Made by a program: the position numbers and the translations under genes. This document shows positions 46,785 to 59,685 of a stretch of 64,000 nt of DNA, piece after piece (position 1 is the first letter of the stretch; every line of letters starts with the position of its first letter). This DNA is from Candidatus Latescibacterota bacterium (GTDB lineage: Bacteria; Latescibacterota; UBA2968; UBA8231), in assembly GCA_965204725.1 (NCBI GenBank), contig OZ242005.1, positions 5,184,001 through 5,248,000 of the forward strand, read 5' to 3'. The notes below the pieces were generated by a model. That model saw only the letters and a program-made list of their open reading frames with translations, did not search any database and had not been told where the DNA came from.

Positions 46785-49118
46785 ATGTATATTTCTCCGC
46801 TTCTCGTGAAAATCTGTCTATCCTGTGCTGTAATTCTCCAACTTTATGCCATAGGCGAGGCCGCTACTCTTACTGTAACTACATTGGATTCCCTGACACA
46901 AGAGCCGGTCAATGGGGTGTTCGTGAATGTTGCAGGATCGCCGTATATGTCAATAACAGACACTGAAGGAAAGGCTCGCCTTGAACTAGCTCCGGGGCAT
47001 ATATTGGTGCAGTACTCCCATATTGCCTATTCCAGCGGTGTTATGCAAACACACCTAGACTCATTAGGTTCGACTCTCCTGATCCTGCTGCAAACCCATC
47101 CAGTTGAAATTCCCGAGGTGATAATAAGCACTTCGGCCAGTACGCCAGAGCAGGGCAAGACCGACATCTCACTAATTGAACTGCGAAGATACCCTACCCC
47201 GACCAATGACCCTTTACGATACCTGAAAGTATTGCCCGGAGTTACCTCGGGCAACGACTTCAGCGGATTATACAATGTTCAAGGTGGCAATTACGACCAA
47301 AACCTCGTGTACATCAACGGGATTGAAATGGAACCACCACTTCTGCTACGGCGGGGTTTGGCGCAGACTCTTTCCATGTTGAATCCTGCAATGATTGATA
47401 GCATGACGTTTCGGACCATCTCTTTTCCCGTGTCGTTCGGAGATAAACTCAGCAGTCTGCTCGATGCCAATTACAAGCTGAATGCGGAGGAAAATAGAGG
47501 AACTTTAGATTTATCAGCAACAACTCAGAGCCTCACACTCCAAGGATACCTCGCTCAATCTCTCAATTTTATTAGCGGCATACGCTATTCCAATCTGAGC
47601 CGAAATTCTCGCGGCCTTCAAATTTCCGGCCAATTCGATCGGCGGTTTTGGGATTGGCAGACTCAGATAAGAGTCAAGTACCCCCGAATCGGCCAACTAA
47701 CACTCTATATGGCAACGCTCAGAAGCACCTTTGGCATGCGGCCAGAGGAAATTTTACTTCGCTACAACTGTCATGCTTTTCGTCAAAAGAGAATATGCGA
47801 TGAGTACCACGGTTTCGCGAGCGGACATGAGAACTTCACTTACGAGGACAATCTTCTCGGAATCTCTATGGAGCGAACAGCAAAACATGGGAGACTCAGA
47901 GTATATACCAATATAGTACACAAGAGAGAAGACGAAGACACCAATGTACAGTACGAAATTGAACCTAATAGTATTCAAAGCACGGAGGCATTCACCAACC
48001 AACTAAAACAGATAAAGGTCGAATCTGCAATAGTCGCATCAAAGGACGTAGGGGGATCACATTTCATAGTAGGGGCCGGTGCGAGATTTCTAAAGATCAA
48101 TGGTAGTGTAAACTCTTTTGAGGAAATTACATACAACCGCGGAAAATTCTTCTCGGAAGGCGTCAACTCAGCATTACAACGCAACTACAATGACAGGTTC
48201 TTCTATCTTCAAAGCCGACGCCAAGCTGGCCGCTTACAGACCGTCTGCGGAGTGCGCATCGCTCAGTTTGGGGCAACCGATGAGACCATTGTAATGCCGC
48301 GAATTAGTGCCAACTATCGGCTCTTTCCTCGTGTATCATGGACACTTGCAGCCGGGCGGTACGCACAACCACCTATATACAAGGAGTTCTTACGAGGTGG
48401 AGCGTCAAGAGAGAGCCTTAAATCTCAACGATCCGAGCAAGTAGGCACTGGGCTTGCCTACGAAATCCAAGAGTCGTTGTATTGGAACACCGAAATTTTC
48501 TATAGGTTCCAGTGGAGAATGATCTCTTACCAAATTGACGATCTTCGAATACGCTATTCAGGTGAGAATGATTCAAAAGGACGAGTCTTTGGGGTGAATT
48601 CGCAACTTAGAGGAAAGCTGAACAGTCTGATTGGAATTGTGAGCTATAGCTACTTGGTAGCGCGAGAGAACATTATTGGAGACGACCACGCCTATCTTCC
48701 GAGAGCAAACGACCAGCGTCATACGTTATCTATGTATCTCGAAGATAGGATGTTCCTAGATGTTTCGCGGATACGTTTTCTAGGGTACTCTCGATTTCAC
48801 CTTCGCGTTTTGTATGGGACCGGCTTTCCACACACACCAAAGGTCGTAGCCGCATCGGAAGATGGCCGCCCACAATTAACTGACGGCCCACGCAACAGGG
48901 TACGAGATAGACCGTATTTTAGATTTGACGTCGGGATGACTCAATCGACTCGCTTGTGGCGGAAGACGCTTCATCTCCGGGAAGAAATAGCAAATGTGTT
49001 CGATCAGCATAACGTCTTAGGCTATTCTTACTTTCCATCGTCAAGTGGAAAGCCAATTGAACTCCGTAGATCGCTAGGGCGTCGGGTTTACAACGTTTCC
49101 GCGTCTATGGAATTTTAA
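46785..49118 (+). CDS. TonB-dependent receptor with carboxypeptidase-regulatory-like N-terminal domain
   Basis: DSLTQEPV..TDTEG, LKVLPGV..YNVQGGNYDQNLVYINGI, FGDKLSSLLD, NVFD, terminal F; start codon uncertain (46758 or 46785). Confidence 0.85.
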   Translation: MYISPLLVKICLSCAVILQLYAIGEAATLTVTTLDSLTQEPVNGVFVNVAGSPYMSITDTEGKARLELAPGHILVQYSHIAYSSGVMQTHLDSLGSTLLILLQTHPVEIPEVIISTSASTPEQGKTDISLIELRRYPTPTNDPLRYLKVLPGVTSGNDFSGLYNVQGGNYDQNLVYINGIEMEPPLLLRRGLAQTLSMLNPAMIDSMTFRTISFPVSFGDKLSSLLDANYKLNAEENRGTLDLSATTQSLTLQGYLAQSLNFISGIRYSNLSRNSRGLQISGQFDRRFWDWQTQIRVKYPRIGQLTLYMATLRSTFGMRPEEILLRYNCHAFRQKRICDEYHGFASGHENFTYEDNLLGISMERTAKHGRLRVYTNIVHKREDEDTNVQYEIEPNSIQSTEAFTNQLKQIKVESAIVASKDVGGSHFIVGAGARFLKINGSVNSFEEITYNRGKFFSEGVNSALQRNYNDRFFYLQSRRQAGRLQTVCGVRIAQFGATDETIVMPRISANYRLFPRVSWTLAAGRYAQPPIYKEFLRGGASRESLKSQRSEQVGTGLAYEIQESLYWNTEIFYRFQWRMISYQIDDLRIRYSGENDSKGRVFGVNSQLRGKLNSLIGIVSYSYLVARENIIGDDHAYLPRANDQRHTLSMYLEDRMFLDVSRIRFLGYSRFHLRVLYGTGFPHTPKVVAASEDGRPQLTDGPRNRVRDRPYFRFDVGMTQSTRLWRKTLHLREEIANVFDQHNVLGYSYFPSSSGKPIELRRSLGRRVYNVSASMEF

Positions 49119-49516
49119 CTGCCGATGCGAATGCGGTTGACCGCCCGTGCGAGTGCCGCCTGTGCCCGCGCTACATCGACCTGCTCCTCCTGCACCCGTG
49201 CCAACCGTTCCTCAGCCCGCCGCCTCGCCGCCTCGGCCCGCTCGACGTCGATATCCTCAATGCGCTCGGCCGCCTCGGCTAGCACCGCAACCTGCGTGCG
49301 CCCAACCTCAACAAAACCGCCGCTAATAGCCATTTGGACCGTGCTGCCGTTCTCCTCGACACAGCGCAACCGCCCGACCTGCAATGCGGTCAAAAGCGGT
49401 ATGTGCCCGGCGAGGACGCCAAAGCTGCCCTCGCTACCGGGTGCTTGCAGGCTGGAAACCTGCCCCGAGTAAGCCACCCGCTCGGGCGTGACGACCTCTA
49501 AGGCGAAGGCGGGCAT
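49115..49516 (-). CDS. atpC: ATP synthase F1 epsilon
   Basis: VVTPER, GSFGVLAGHIP, ISGGFVEV. Confidence 0.95.
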   Translation of the reverse strand: MPAFALEVVTPERVAYSGQVSSLQAPGSEGSFGVLAGHIPLLTALQVGRLRCVEENGSTVQMAISGGFVEVGRTQVAVLAEAAERIEDIDVERAEAARRRAEERLARVQEEQVDVARAQAALARAVNRIRIGS

Positions 49517-49519
49517 GAG

Positions 49520-51797
<2,278 letters not shown>

Positions 51798-51805
51798 AGC
51801 CCAGC

Positions 51806-53332
51806 CTATGCCTCGGAGGGACGGAAACGGCCCTTGAACTCCGCGATGGCGGCGTCTAGCTGGGCCTTGGTGTCGTCGCTCAGATCGCGGGTCTGCTCAA
51901 TTTTGGCCATGAGCGCGGGCTGGTGGTCGCGCAGGTGCGCTAGCAGTTCCTCCTCAAAGCGGCTCAAGTCGGCCGTAGGCAGGTCGAGCACGTGATCTAT
52001 GATGGATAGCGCGACGGTCAGTTCCGCGAGCGCGAGCGGCCGGTACTGCCCCTGCTTGAGCAGTTCCATCAGCTTCTCGCCGCGGTTGAGCAGATTGCGC
52101 GTGGCTTGGTCTAAATCCGAGGTGCCGAACTGGGCGAAGGCTTTGACTTCGTTGTACCGGGAAATGTCGCCCTTGATGGTCTTGGCCACCGCCTTCATGG
52201 CCTTGGTCTGCGCGGCCGACCCCACCCGCGACACCGAGGCCCCCACATCCATCGCCGGGCGGTTGCCCGAATAGAAGAGCTCGGGCTTGAGCAGAATTTG
52301 GCCATCGGTGATCGAGATGACATTAGTCGGCACAAAGGTCGATACGTCGCCTTCGAGAATTTCGATTACCGGCAGCGCGGTCAGCGACCCGCCGCCCTTT
52401 TCGTCGCTCATCTTGGCCGCACGCTCCAAAAGCCGCGAATGCAAGTAGAATACGTCGCCGGGATACGCTTCGCGCCCGGGCGGGCGGCGCAAAACCAAGG
52501 ACATCTCGCGGTACGCCCAAGCCTGCTTGGACAAGTCGTCGTAAATGATGAGCGCGTGTTGGCCGCGGTCGCGGAAAAACTCGCCCATCGAAGCTCCGGC
52601 GTAGGGCGCGAGAAACTGCAAGGGCGCCGGGTCGGACGCCGTGGCCGATACGACGATGGTGTAGTCGAGCGCACCGTTGGCCTCCAACTCGGCCACTACC
52701 TTCGCCACGGTCGAGGCCTTTTGGCCGATGGCCACATAGATGCACTGGACGTCTTGGTGGCGCTGGTTGATGATGGTATCAACGGCAATGGCTGTCTTGC
52801 CGGTCTGGCGGTCGCCGATGATTAGCTCGCGCTGGCCGCGGCCGATGGGGACGGTCGAGTCGATGATTTTAATGCCCGTCTGTAGGGCCTCGCTAACCGG
52901 CTGGCGGTCGATGACGCCCGGGGCTTTGCGCTCGACCGGCAAGCTCTCATCGGCCTCGATGTCGCCCTTGCCGTCAATGGGCCGGCCCAAGGGATTGACG
53001 ACCCGGCCCAAGAGCGCCTCGCCCACCGGCACCTCCACGATGCGGCCGGTGCGCTTTACTTGGTCGCCTTCGTTGATCAGGGTGTCCTCGCCGAAGAGCA
53101 CACAGCCGACGTTGTCTTCTTCGAGGTTGAGGGACATGCCCATAATGCCGTGGGGGAATTCGACCAATTCAGTGGCCCGCACGTTGCTCAGGCCGTGGAC
53201 GCGAGCCGTGCCATCCCCAACGTAGAGCACCGTGCCCGTCTCGTATATATCTACTTCTTTTTCAAAGCCCAGTAACTGTTGCTTGAGAATTTGGGAAATC
53301 TCATCGGGCTGAACGATCGTTTCGGTCGCCAT
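51806..53332 (-). CDS. atpA: ATP synthase F1 alpha
   Basis: [31 protein letters not shown]. Confidence 0.98.
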   Translation of the reverse strand: MATETIVQPDEISQILKQQLLGFEKEVDIYETGTVLYVGDGTARVHGLSNVRATELVEFPHGIMGMSLNLEEDNVGCVLFGEDTLINEGDQVKRTGRIVEVPVGEALLGRVVNPLGRPIDGKGDIEADESLPVERKAPGVIDRQPVSEALQTGIKIIDSTVPIGRGQRELIIGDRQTGKTAIAVDTIINQRHQDVQCIYVAIGQKASTVAKVVAELEANGALDYTIVVSATASDPAPLQFLAPYAGASMGEFFRDRGQHALIIYDDLSKQAWAYREMSLVLRRPPGREAYPGDVFYLHSRLLERAAKMSDEKGGGSLTALPVIEILEGDVSTFVPTNVISITDGQILLKPELFYSGNRPAMDVGASVSRVGSAAQTKAMKAVAKTIKGDISRYNEVKAFAQFGTSDLDQATRNLLNRGEKLMELLKQGQYRPLALAELTVALSIIDHVLDLPTADLSRFEEELLAHLRDHQPALMAKIEQTRDLSDDTKAQLDAAIAEFKGRFRPSEA

Positions 53333-53347
53333 AAACCCTCCTGCTGA

Positions 53348-53884
53348 CTAACCGGCTAGACGCGCTTGCAGGCGCGCTAGATAGGTGTTCACGCTGCCAT
53401 CGAATACTGTGTCGCCGAGGCGGACGACTGCGCCGCCCCGCAGGCTGGAATCGACTTGGACCGCCAAGCGCACTTTGCGACCGCTGTGGTGCTCTAGACG
53501 CGCTTGGAGGAGCTGGCATTGTTCTGTACTCAACGCCACGGCCGAGCGCACCTCTGCGCCGATTATGCCCTCGCGCTCGGCGAGTTGGTCGAGAAAACTT
53601 CCGAGGGCCGCGCCGATGATCGGGGCGCGGCCCCTAACCGCCATGAGCCGGAGAAAATTCAGGGTCAGCCCCTCAACTTTGCCGCTAAAAAGCTGCCGCA
53701 GGGCCTCGGCTTGCGCTTGACTATCTACCAGCGGGTTGGCCAAAAACTCGGTCAACTCGTCGGACTGGCCTACGGTCGCCAAAAGCCGCTCGACGTCGCG
53801 CTGCACGGCCGCGGTTGCGCCCGTTTCATCGGCGGCCTCCAACAGCGTGGCCGCATAGCGTCGCACTACTTCGGGGGCGTTCAA
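53348..53884 (-). CDS. atpH: ATP synthase F1 delta
   Basis: RRYAATL, SAVAL, VDSSLRGG...DGSV. Confidence 0.93.
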   Translation of the reverse strand: MNAPEVVRRYAATLLEAADETGATAAVQRDVERLLATVGQSDELTEFLANPLVDSQAQAEALRQLFSGKVEGLTLNFLRLMAVRGRAPIIGAALGSFLDQLAEREGIIGAEVRSAVALSTEQCQLLQARLEHHSGRKVRLAVQVDSSLRGGAVVRLGDTVFDGSVNTYLARLQARLAG

Positions 53885-54372
53885 TTGGATTCGGGAATTT
53901 TGGCGATCAAGTCGTCGACGAGGGCGCGGTTTCTCTCATCGTCCAAATTGGCGTCGATCAGGACGCCCGCGGCTTGGACTGCAAGATTGGCCGTATCGCG
54001 GCGCAGCTCGGCGATGGCGGCGCGCTGCTCGCTTTTGATGCTGGTCCGCGCTTGGTCGATCATCCGCTCGGCCTCTTCCCGCGCTTGGGAGACGATGGTC
54101 TGCCGCACGTGGGCCCCCGCCGCACGGGCCTCGGCGACTATTCGCCGCGCCTCTTCATCGGCCGCGGCGAGCTGCTGCCGGTGCTTGTGCAAGACCTCTT
54201 CGGCCTCTTGGCGCGCCCGCTCGGCCTCGGCCAGCGCGTCGCTGATGCGTTGTTCGCGCTCGTCGAGCGCAGCCAAAAGCGGGGGCCAAGCGAATTTTCT
54301 GAGGACGAGGAGCACCACTAAGAAGGTGATGATCGTCCAAATGATGGTCCCTATATGGGGATCGAGTAGCAT
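53881..54372 (-). CDS. atpF: ATP synthase Fo subunit b
   Basis: WTIITF..LRKFAWPP...ERE followed by a coiled coil. Confidence 0.95.
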   Translation of the reverse strand: MLLDPHIGTIIWTIITFLVVLLVLRKFAWPPLLAALDEREQRISDALAEAERARQEAEEVLHKHRQQLAAADEEARRIVAEARAAGAHVRQTIVSQAREEAERMIDQARTSIKSEQRAAIAELRRDTANLAVQAAGVLIDANLDDERNRALVDDLIAKIPESN

Positions 54373-54382
54373 AGGAGTACTG

Positions 54383-54610
54383 CTACTTGGTCAGCACGAT
54401 CAGCAGGCAAAACACCTCGCCGATCAGGGCCACGCCCTCAATCAGGGCGGCGGTCAAGATCATATTGGTGCGGATATCGCCTACGGCTTCGGGTTGACGG
54501 GCGATGCTCTCCATCGCCGCGCCGGCCAAGCGACCGATGCCCAACGCCGCGCCAATCGCGCAAAGCCCCATGCCAATTCCGGCTCCCATGTACGCCAACT
54601 GCATTTCCAT
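54383..54610 (-). CDS. atpE: ATP synthase Fo subunit c (H+-type signature)
   Basis: GxGxG, ARQPE, AALIEG; GAGGGAG RBS before ATG 54610. Confidence 0.95.
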   Translation of the reverse strand: MEMQLAYMGAGIGMGLCAIGAALGIGRLAGAAMESIARQPEAVGDIRTNMILTAALIEGVALIGEVFCLLIVLTK

Positions 54611-54647
54611 ACCAAATACTCCCTCTTGTGAACAGTGTGAAACCCCG

Positions 54648-55478
54648 CTAGTGGTCCGGGTGAGCGGCCATACTAATAAAGACCGTTGATAACAGGGTAA
54701 AGACAAAGGCTTGCACAAATCCCACGAAAATTTCGAGCAGGTAAATCGCCGCTGCAAAGGGCACGGACCCCAAGGCGATCCACTCACTTTGCAGAATGGC
54801 GATCAAACCCAAGAAAACCAAAATCGCCACATGGCCGCCGGTCATATTGGCGAACAGGCGCACGCACAGGGCGAAGGGCTTGACGAATAAACCGATCAAT
54901 TCTACGGGAATTAAAATGATCAAAAGCACCGGCGGTACGCCGGAGGGGACTAAGCTCTTGCAGTAGCCGAGCAATCCATTGTTGGCAATGCCGGCTCCTA
55001 GCATGAGAAAAAAGGAACACAAGGCTAGGCCGGCCGTGACGTTAACATTGCTCGTGGCCGTAGCGCTGTAGGGAACTAGCCCCAGCAAGTTGCAAAATAG
55101 GATGAAAAAGAAGATCGTCAGCAAAAAAGGCAGGTACTTTTTGCCGCCTTCGCCCATGATGGGCAACACGACTTCGTCGCGGAGGAAGACGACGATGGCT
55201 TCAAAGAAATTGGCCAAGCCCGAAGGCACGGCACGCGGCTTGCGAAAGGCCCTGAGCATGAGCGCGATGAGCAGCAGGCTCGCCACCCACATAATTACTA
55301 TGTGCCGGGTGATGGAGAAGTCAATGCCGAAAAGCTCTAGCGAAGGAAGAGGAACTTTGCCGGCAAGCAGGTGATGCGGGTCGACAAAGGGCAATTCGAG
55401 ATGAGGACTATCTACAACATGCCCTATGATGTCCACTTGCCCATTTGCGGCATCTGCCGCCTGCGTATCGCCAGCCAT
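54648..55478 (-). CDS. atpB: ATP synthase Fo subunit a
   Basis: NLLGLVP, KPFALCVRLFANMTGGH, QAFVFTLL. Confidence 0.96.
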   Translation of the reverse strand: MAGDTQAADAANGQVDIIGHVVDSPHLELPFVDPHHLLAGKVPLPSLELFGIDFSITRHIVIMWVASLLLIALMLRAFRKPRAVPSGLANFFEAIVVFLRDEVVLPIMGEGGKKYLPFLLTIFFFILFCNLLGLVPYSATATSNVNVTAGLALCSFFLMLGAGIANNGLLGYCKSLVPSGVPPVLLIILIPVELIGLFVKPFALCVRLFANMTGGHVAILVFLGLIAILQSEWIALGSVPFAAAIYLLEIFVGFVQAFVFTLLSTVFISMAAHPDH

Positions 55479-55542
55479 TTACTGCCTTGTGAAATATGTC
55501 AAATAGGAGGGAAAGGAAAACTGTAGCAGTAACCAACCGAAC

Positions 55543-55571
55543 AAATTAATTCGGCCGCAAATTTCTGTCAA
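55543..55571 (-). promoter_or_regulatory. Internal sigma70 promoter for atpB-atpC
   Basis: TTGACA-17 bp-TAATTT on the minus strand. Confidence 0.6.
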
Positions 55572-55585
55572 CACTTCGCCGGCTT

Positions 55586-55876
55586 TTAGCACTTTGCACG
55601 GCCTTGCAACTTGAGTACGTACAGGATTTCAAAAGCGAGAAAAAGCAAGTACGCGACCACTAATGCGGTAAAGTAACTCGCGGCGTGAACTCCGAGCCAT
55701 TTGAGCGCGAGGGCCGAGAGGACGACCACCACGAGCAACCGCGCGATCATCCCGCCGAAGAAGGCGGTCATAAAGACCTGCATCCCCTTGTTCCACCCCC
55801 AGTGAATCACCGCCAGCGCGAGGACGCCGTTGACCCCGGCAACCACCAAGCCAGCGACGATGCTGTCCCACCTCAC
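55586..55876 (-). CDS. ATP synthase accessory membrane protein (AtpI-like)
   Basis: Three TM helices, FFGGMIARL; position upstream of atpB. Confidence 0.7.
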   Translation of the reverse strand: MRWDSIVAGLVVAGVNGVLALAVIHWGWNKGMQVFMTAFFGGMIARLLVVVVLSALALKWLGVHAASYFTALVVAYLLFLAFEILYVLKLQGRAKC

Positions 55877-56115
55877 CGTCCATCCTCCCGTTTGCGCCGC
55901 TCATCTAAGTCCATCAGGGTCCGATAGAGTTTGTAAAACCCAGCCGCCGCGCCAAACAGGGTGCCCAACAAGAGAAAGAGCGGCGTAGTTGCAAACGTGT
56001 CGTCGAGCCACCACCCGATGGCCACAAAGACTAGGATCGTCGCCGCGAATTGAATCCCCAAGCTGGCGTAAGGGCCGATAGCCGCGTAGGCCCCGGTCTT
56101 TTTTTTGGCGACCAT
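55873..56115 (-). CDS. AtpZ/AtpI family protein
   Basis: LGIQFA...GWWLDDTFATTPLFLLLG..GAAAGF. Confidence 0.85.
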   Translation of the reverse strand: MVAKKKTGAYAAIGPYASLGIQFAATILVFVAIGWWLDDTFATTPLFLLLGTLFGAAAGFYKLYRTLMDLDERRKREDGR

Positions 56116-56145
56116 GTTCTGCCCGGAAAAACCGCAAGGGAACGC

Positions 56146-56349
56146 TCAGTTCGTCTCCGCCTCGGCATCCCCGCACGACCCAGGAGCCTGACCACACTCG
56201 CAGAGGGGCTGACCGAGTGCATCGCGCATCGTGTTCAGCCCTCCGCACGAGCCTTGGAGGCGACGATTGCTGAAGATCACGCCGACGGCCATGGCGGCCA
56301 TGACCAAGCCAAAAGCGGCAAAAGCGGCAATAAGCGTACTCATAGTCAT
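56146..56349 (-). CDS. nqrM: Na+-NQR maturation protein NqrM
   Basis: MAVGVIF...LQGSCGGL...CECG...C; follows nqrF. Confidence 0.85.
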   Translation of the reverse strand: MTMSTLIAAFAAFGLVMAAMAVGVIFSNRRLQGSCGGLNTMRDALGQPLCECGQAPGSCGDAEAETN

Positions 56350-56376
56350 TCTGCCTTTCGCACCTGAAGCTCCGAC

Positions 56377-57615
56377 TTAAAACTCGTCGTAGCGGATCAT
56401 TTCCTCTTCAATACCTAAATCGTCGAGCATCGCGAGCACGGCTTGGAGCATTAGCGGTGGGCCGCACATGTAGTACTCGACGTCTTCGGGTGCTAAATGG
56501 TCTTTGAGGTAGTTTTCGTACACCACTTGGTGAATAAAGCCCACATAGCCGTCCCAGTTGTCTTCCGGCCGCGGCTCGGACATAGCGATGTGGAAGGTGA
56601 AGTTGGGAAACTCCGCTTCGATTTTGCGGAAGTGGTCCTCGTAGAAGACCTCGTTGGGATTGCGCGCGCCGTACCAGTAGGACACCTTGCGCCCTGTCCT
56701 GAGCGTGTGGAAAAGGTGGTATAGATGCGACCGCAAAGGCGCCATGCCCGCGCCCCCGCCGATATAGACCATCTCGCGGTCGGTCTCTTGGATGAAAAAT
56801 TCGCCGAAAGGCCCCGACACCGTCACCTTGTCGCCCGGCTTGCGACTGAACACATAAGAAGAGGCGATGCCGGGCGGCACATCCTCCCAGCCGCCCTTTG
56901 CGCGATTGGGCGGCGGGGTGGCGATGCGGATGTTGAGCATGATGATGTTGCCCTCGGCTGGGTGATTGGCCATTGAGTAGGCGCGGAAGACAGGCTCGGC
57001 ATTGACGGCTTTGAAGTCCCAGACCTTGAAGCGGTCCCAATCGGGATGAAAGCGGTCCTCAATCCCCGCAAAGTCCTTAAAGTCGCACTCAAAGGGCGGC
57101 ACTTCGATCTGGATATAGCCGCCGGGCTGAAAATCCAGCGTTTCGCCCTCGGGGAGCTTGACGATAAACTCCTTTATAAAGGTCGCCACGTTGTCGTTGG
57201 AGACGACTTCGCAGTCCCACCTTTTGACCGAGAACACCTCGGGCGGCACCGCTATCTTCAGGTCCTGCTTGACATTGACTTGGCAGGAGAGCCGGACGCC
57301 CTCGTGCGCCTCGCGCTTGGTAATGTGGCTGGTCTCGGTCTGCAAGATGTCGCCACCGCCCTCGTAGATGTGTACCTTGCACTGGGCGCAGGTGCCGCCG
57401 CCGCCGCAGGCCGAAGACACGAAGACTTTGTTGTCGGCCAGCACGTTGAGCAGCTTGCCCCCGGCCGGAACGGAGAGTGCCTTGCTCTCGTCGTCGTTGA
57501 TGAGGATGCGCACATTACCGCTAGGCACCAGCCGGGAGCGGGCCACCAAGATGATGGCCACCAAGGCCAGCACCACGCCAGTGAACATGCCAACACCGGA
57601 AATAACTTCAGTCAT
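56377..57615 (-). CDS. nqrF: Na+-translocating NADH:quinone oxidoreductase subunit F
   Basis: [32 protein letters not shown]. Confidence 0.96.
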   Translation of the reverse strand: MTEVISGVGMFTGVVLALVAIILVARSRLVPSGNVRILINDDESKALSVPAGGKLLNVLADNKVFVSSACGGGGTCAQCKVHIYEGGGDILQTETSHITKREAHEGVRLSCQVNVKQDLKIAVPPEVFSVKRWDCEVVSNDNVATFIKEFIVKLPEGETLDFQPGGYIQIEVPPFECDFKDFAGIEDRFHPDWDRFKVWDFKAVNAEPVFRAYSMANHPAEGNIIMLNIRIATPPPNRAKGGWEDVPPGIASSYVFSRKPGDKVTVSGPFGEFFIQETDREMVYIGGGAGMAPLRSHLYHLFHTLRTGRKVSYWYGARNPNEVFYEDHFRKIEAEFPNFTFHIAMSEPRPEDNWDGYVGFIHQVVYENYLKDHLAPEDVEYYMCGPPLMLQAVLAMLDDLGIEEEMIRYDEF

Positions 57616-57637
57616 CAGATGCTCTTTTCTTTATTTT

Positions 57638-58249
57638 TTAGAGCTGAATACCGGAAAAGGACATAAAGGCCAAAGACATCAGGCCCACCGTAATGAAGGT
57701 AATCCCGAGGCCGCGCAGCCCGGGGGGGACATCGCTGTACTTCATCTTCTCGCGGATGCCCGCCAGCGCGACGATAGCCAGCGCCCAGCCAAAGCCCGAG
57801 CCAAAGCCAAAGACCGCGCTCTCGCCCAAGTTGTAGTCGCGCTCAACCATGAACAGCGAACCGCCCAAAATCGCACAGTTGACGGTAATCAAGGGCAGGA
57901 AAATTCCCAGCGCATTGTAGAGCGCCGGCACGAACTTGTCGAGAAACATCTCGAGGATCTGTACCATGGCGGCGATGATGCCGATGTAGCTAATCAGCCC
58001 CACAAAGGTCAGATCGACCCCACTCAAGCCCGCCCACGCTAGGGCGTCTTCCTTGAGGAGGTGCTGGTAGATTAGGTTGTTGGCTGGGACGGTAACCGTC
58101 TGGACCACGATGACGGCGATCCCAAGCCCAAACGCCGTTTGCACCTCCTTGGATACCGCGAGAAAAGTACACATCCCCAAAAAGAACGCTAGTGCCATGT
58201 TCTCGACGAACACGGACTTCATAAATATGCTCAGATAGGCTTCGACCAT
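57638..58249 (-). CDS. nqrE: Na+-NQR subunit E
   Basis: [27 protein letters not shown]. Confidence 0.96.
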   Translation of the reverse strand: MVEAYLSIFMKSVFVENMALAFFLGMCTFLAVSKEVQTAFGLGIAVIVVQTVTVPANNLIYQHLLKEDALAWAGLSGVDLTFVGLISYIGIIAAMVQILEMFLDKFVPALYNALGIFLPLITVNCAILGGSLFMVERDYNLGESAVFGFGSGFGWALAIVALAGIREKMKYSDVPPGLRGLGITFITVGLMSLAFMSFSGIQL

Positions 58250-58255
58250 GTTTGG

Positions 58256-58879
58256 TTACTCCTCCTCGACCTGCTCGCTCTTCCAAGTCCTGAGTGCCCA
58301 TATAAATAGGCCAATGATGAAAAACGCGCTCGGCGGCAAGAGCATCAGGCCGTTGGGCGCGTACCAACCTCCCTCGGCCGCCAATGCGAACATTTGGACC
58401 CCCCAAAGCGAACCCGACCCGAACAGCTCGCGCAACACGCCGACGACCAGCAAGATGACGCTGTAGCCCAAGGCATTGCCCAAGCCATCGAGAAAGCTCA
58501 GCCCGGGGCCGTTCTGCGAGGCGAAAGCCTCGGCGCGCCCCATGATGATGCAGTTGGTGATAATCAGGCCGACGAAGACCGAGAGCTGTTTGCTGATCTC
58601 AAAGGCATAGGCTCGCAGGAACTGATCGACGATAATCACCAGCGAGGCGATGATGGTCATCTGCACGATGATGCGGATATTGGCTGGGATAAAGTTGCGG
58701 ATCACGCTGACGGCCATGTTGGAACAACAGAGCACAAAAATGACCGCCAAGCACATGGTGATGGTGGTCTCCAACTTGGTCGTCACCGCCAGCGCCGAGC
58801 ATATACCGAGGCTCAGCAGGGCAATGGGATTGGAGTCAAAGAGCGGCCTAAAGAGGACGTCTCTCGGTTTGTCAGCCAT
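58256..58879 (-). CDS. nqrD: Na+-NQR subunit D
   Basis: [26 protein letters not shown]. Confidence 0.96.
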   Translation of the reverse strand: MADKPRDVLFRPLFDSNPIALLSLGICSALAVTTKLETTITMCLAVIFVLCCSNMAVSVIRNFIPANIRIIVQMTIIASLVIIVDQFLRAYAFEISKQLSVFVGLIITNCIIMGRAEAFASQNGPGLSFLDGLGNALGYSVILLVVGVLRELFGSGSLWGVQMFALAAEGGWYAPNGLMLLPPSAFFIIGLFIWALRTWKSEQVEEE

Positions 58880-59671
58880 TTAACGAACTCCTCGTTCTTT
58901 GAGCTTGGCCAGATACGGCCCAAAGGCTTGCGCCCCGAGCCAGTAGCGCAGCATGTCCCGGACGCCGCGCGAAGTAATAGTGGCACCCGACAGCCCATCG
59001 ACCTGATACTGGGCTTCGGGCCGTCCCGAGACGACTTTGCCGCGAATGACTTCAATGCGCACTGCGCCGCTTTCGTCGAAGGCCTTTTTGCCGTCCCAGA
59101 GGGCCTTCCAACTCGGGTTATCGACCTCGCCCCCCAAACCCGGGGTCTCGGCGTGCTCGTAGTACACCAGCCCGCGAATGGTATTGAGGTCTTTGGCATC
59201 GAGGGCCACAAATCCATAGAGCGTTGACCACAGCCCTAAGCCGTGGACGGGCAGGATGACTTTTTTGATCCGGTCCTTTTGCGAGACCAAGTAAACCGAA
59301 GCATGGAGAGCGCGGCGCTTGACGTTGGCAATATCTACATCGGCCGGCACCCGCTCGCTCTGCGCCGGGTCTTTGGCCGCCCGCCGCTGGTCGTAGGCGA
59401 TCGGGTCCACTCCATCGACGTATTCCCCGGTCGCCAGATCGACGACGCGGGGGTTTATGTTATCGTACAACTCCTCAATGCGCTCGCCATGGGCGGCCTC
59501 GCCAGACTTGAGCAGGCCGGCGGCCATTAGAATGTTGCGCTTCTTGTCGAGCGTCTTGTTGATTGCCTGAGTCGGCCGCAGCGACACGGCCGCCGCCGAT
59601 ACCAGCACTGAGCAGACGAGGCACACGCCGAGTGCCACGCCGAATGTTCTACCAACCGAATCGTTAGCCAC
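58880..59671 (-). CDS. nqrC: Na+-NQR subunit C
   Basis: GLWS, ETPGLG, DGLSGATITS (FMN attachment site). Confidence 0.95.
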   Translation of the reverse strand: MANDSVGRTFGVALGVCLVCSVLVSAAAVSLRPTQAINKTLDKKRNILMAAGLLKSGEAAHGERIEELYDNINPRVVDLATGEYVDGVDPIAYDQRRAAKDPAQSERVPADVDIANVKRRALHASVYLVSQKDRIKKVILPVHGLGLWSTLYGFVALDAKDLNTIRGLVYYEHAETPGLGGEVDNPSWKALWDGKKAFDESGAVRIEVIRGKVVSGRPEAQYQVDGLSGATITSRGVRDMLRYWLGAQAFGPYLAKLKERGVR

Positions 59672-59685
59672 GTTGTCTATCTCTC

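Noticed and set aside
46548-46786. Overlapping long N-termini of the divergent 991-aa and 856-aa ORFs
   Set aside because: Signal peptides indicate later starts (46711 minus; 46758 or 46785 plus), which removes the overlap.
43559-49118. Genomic island integrated at tRNA-Met
   Set aside because: No integrase and no duplicated tRNA 3' end were seen.
53504-54631. 375-aa antisense ORF over atpE/F/H, and similar shadow ORFs throughout the window
   Set aside because: Expected artefact of high-GC codon bias opposite well-supported genes.
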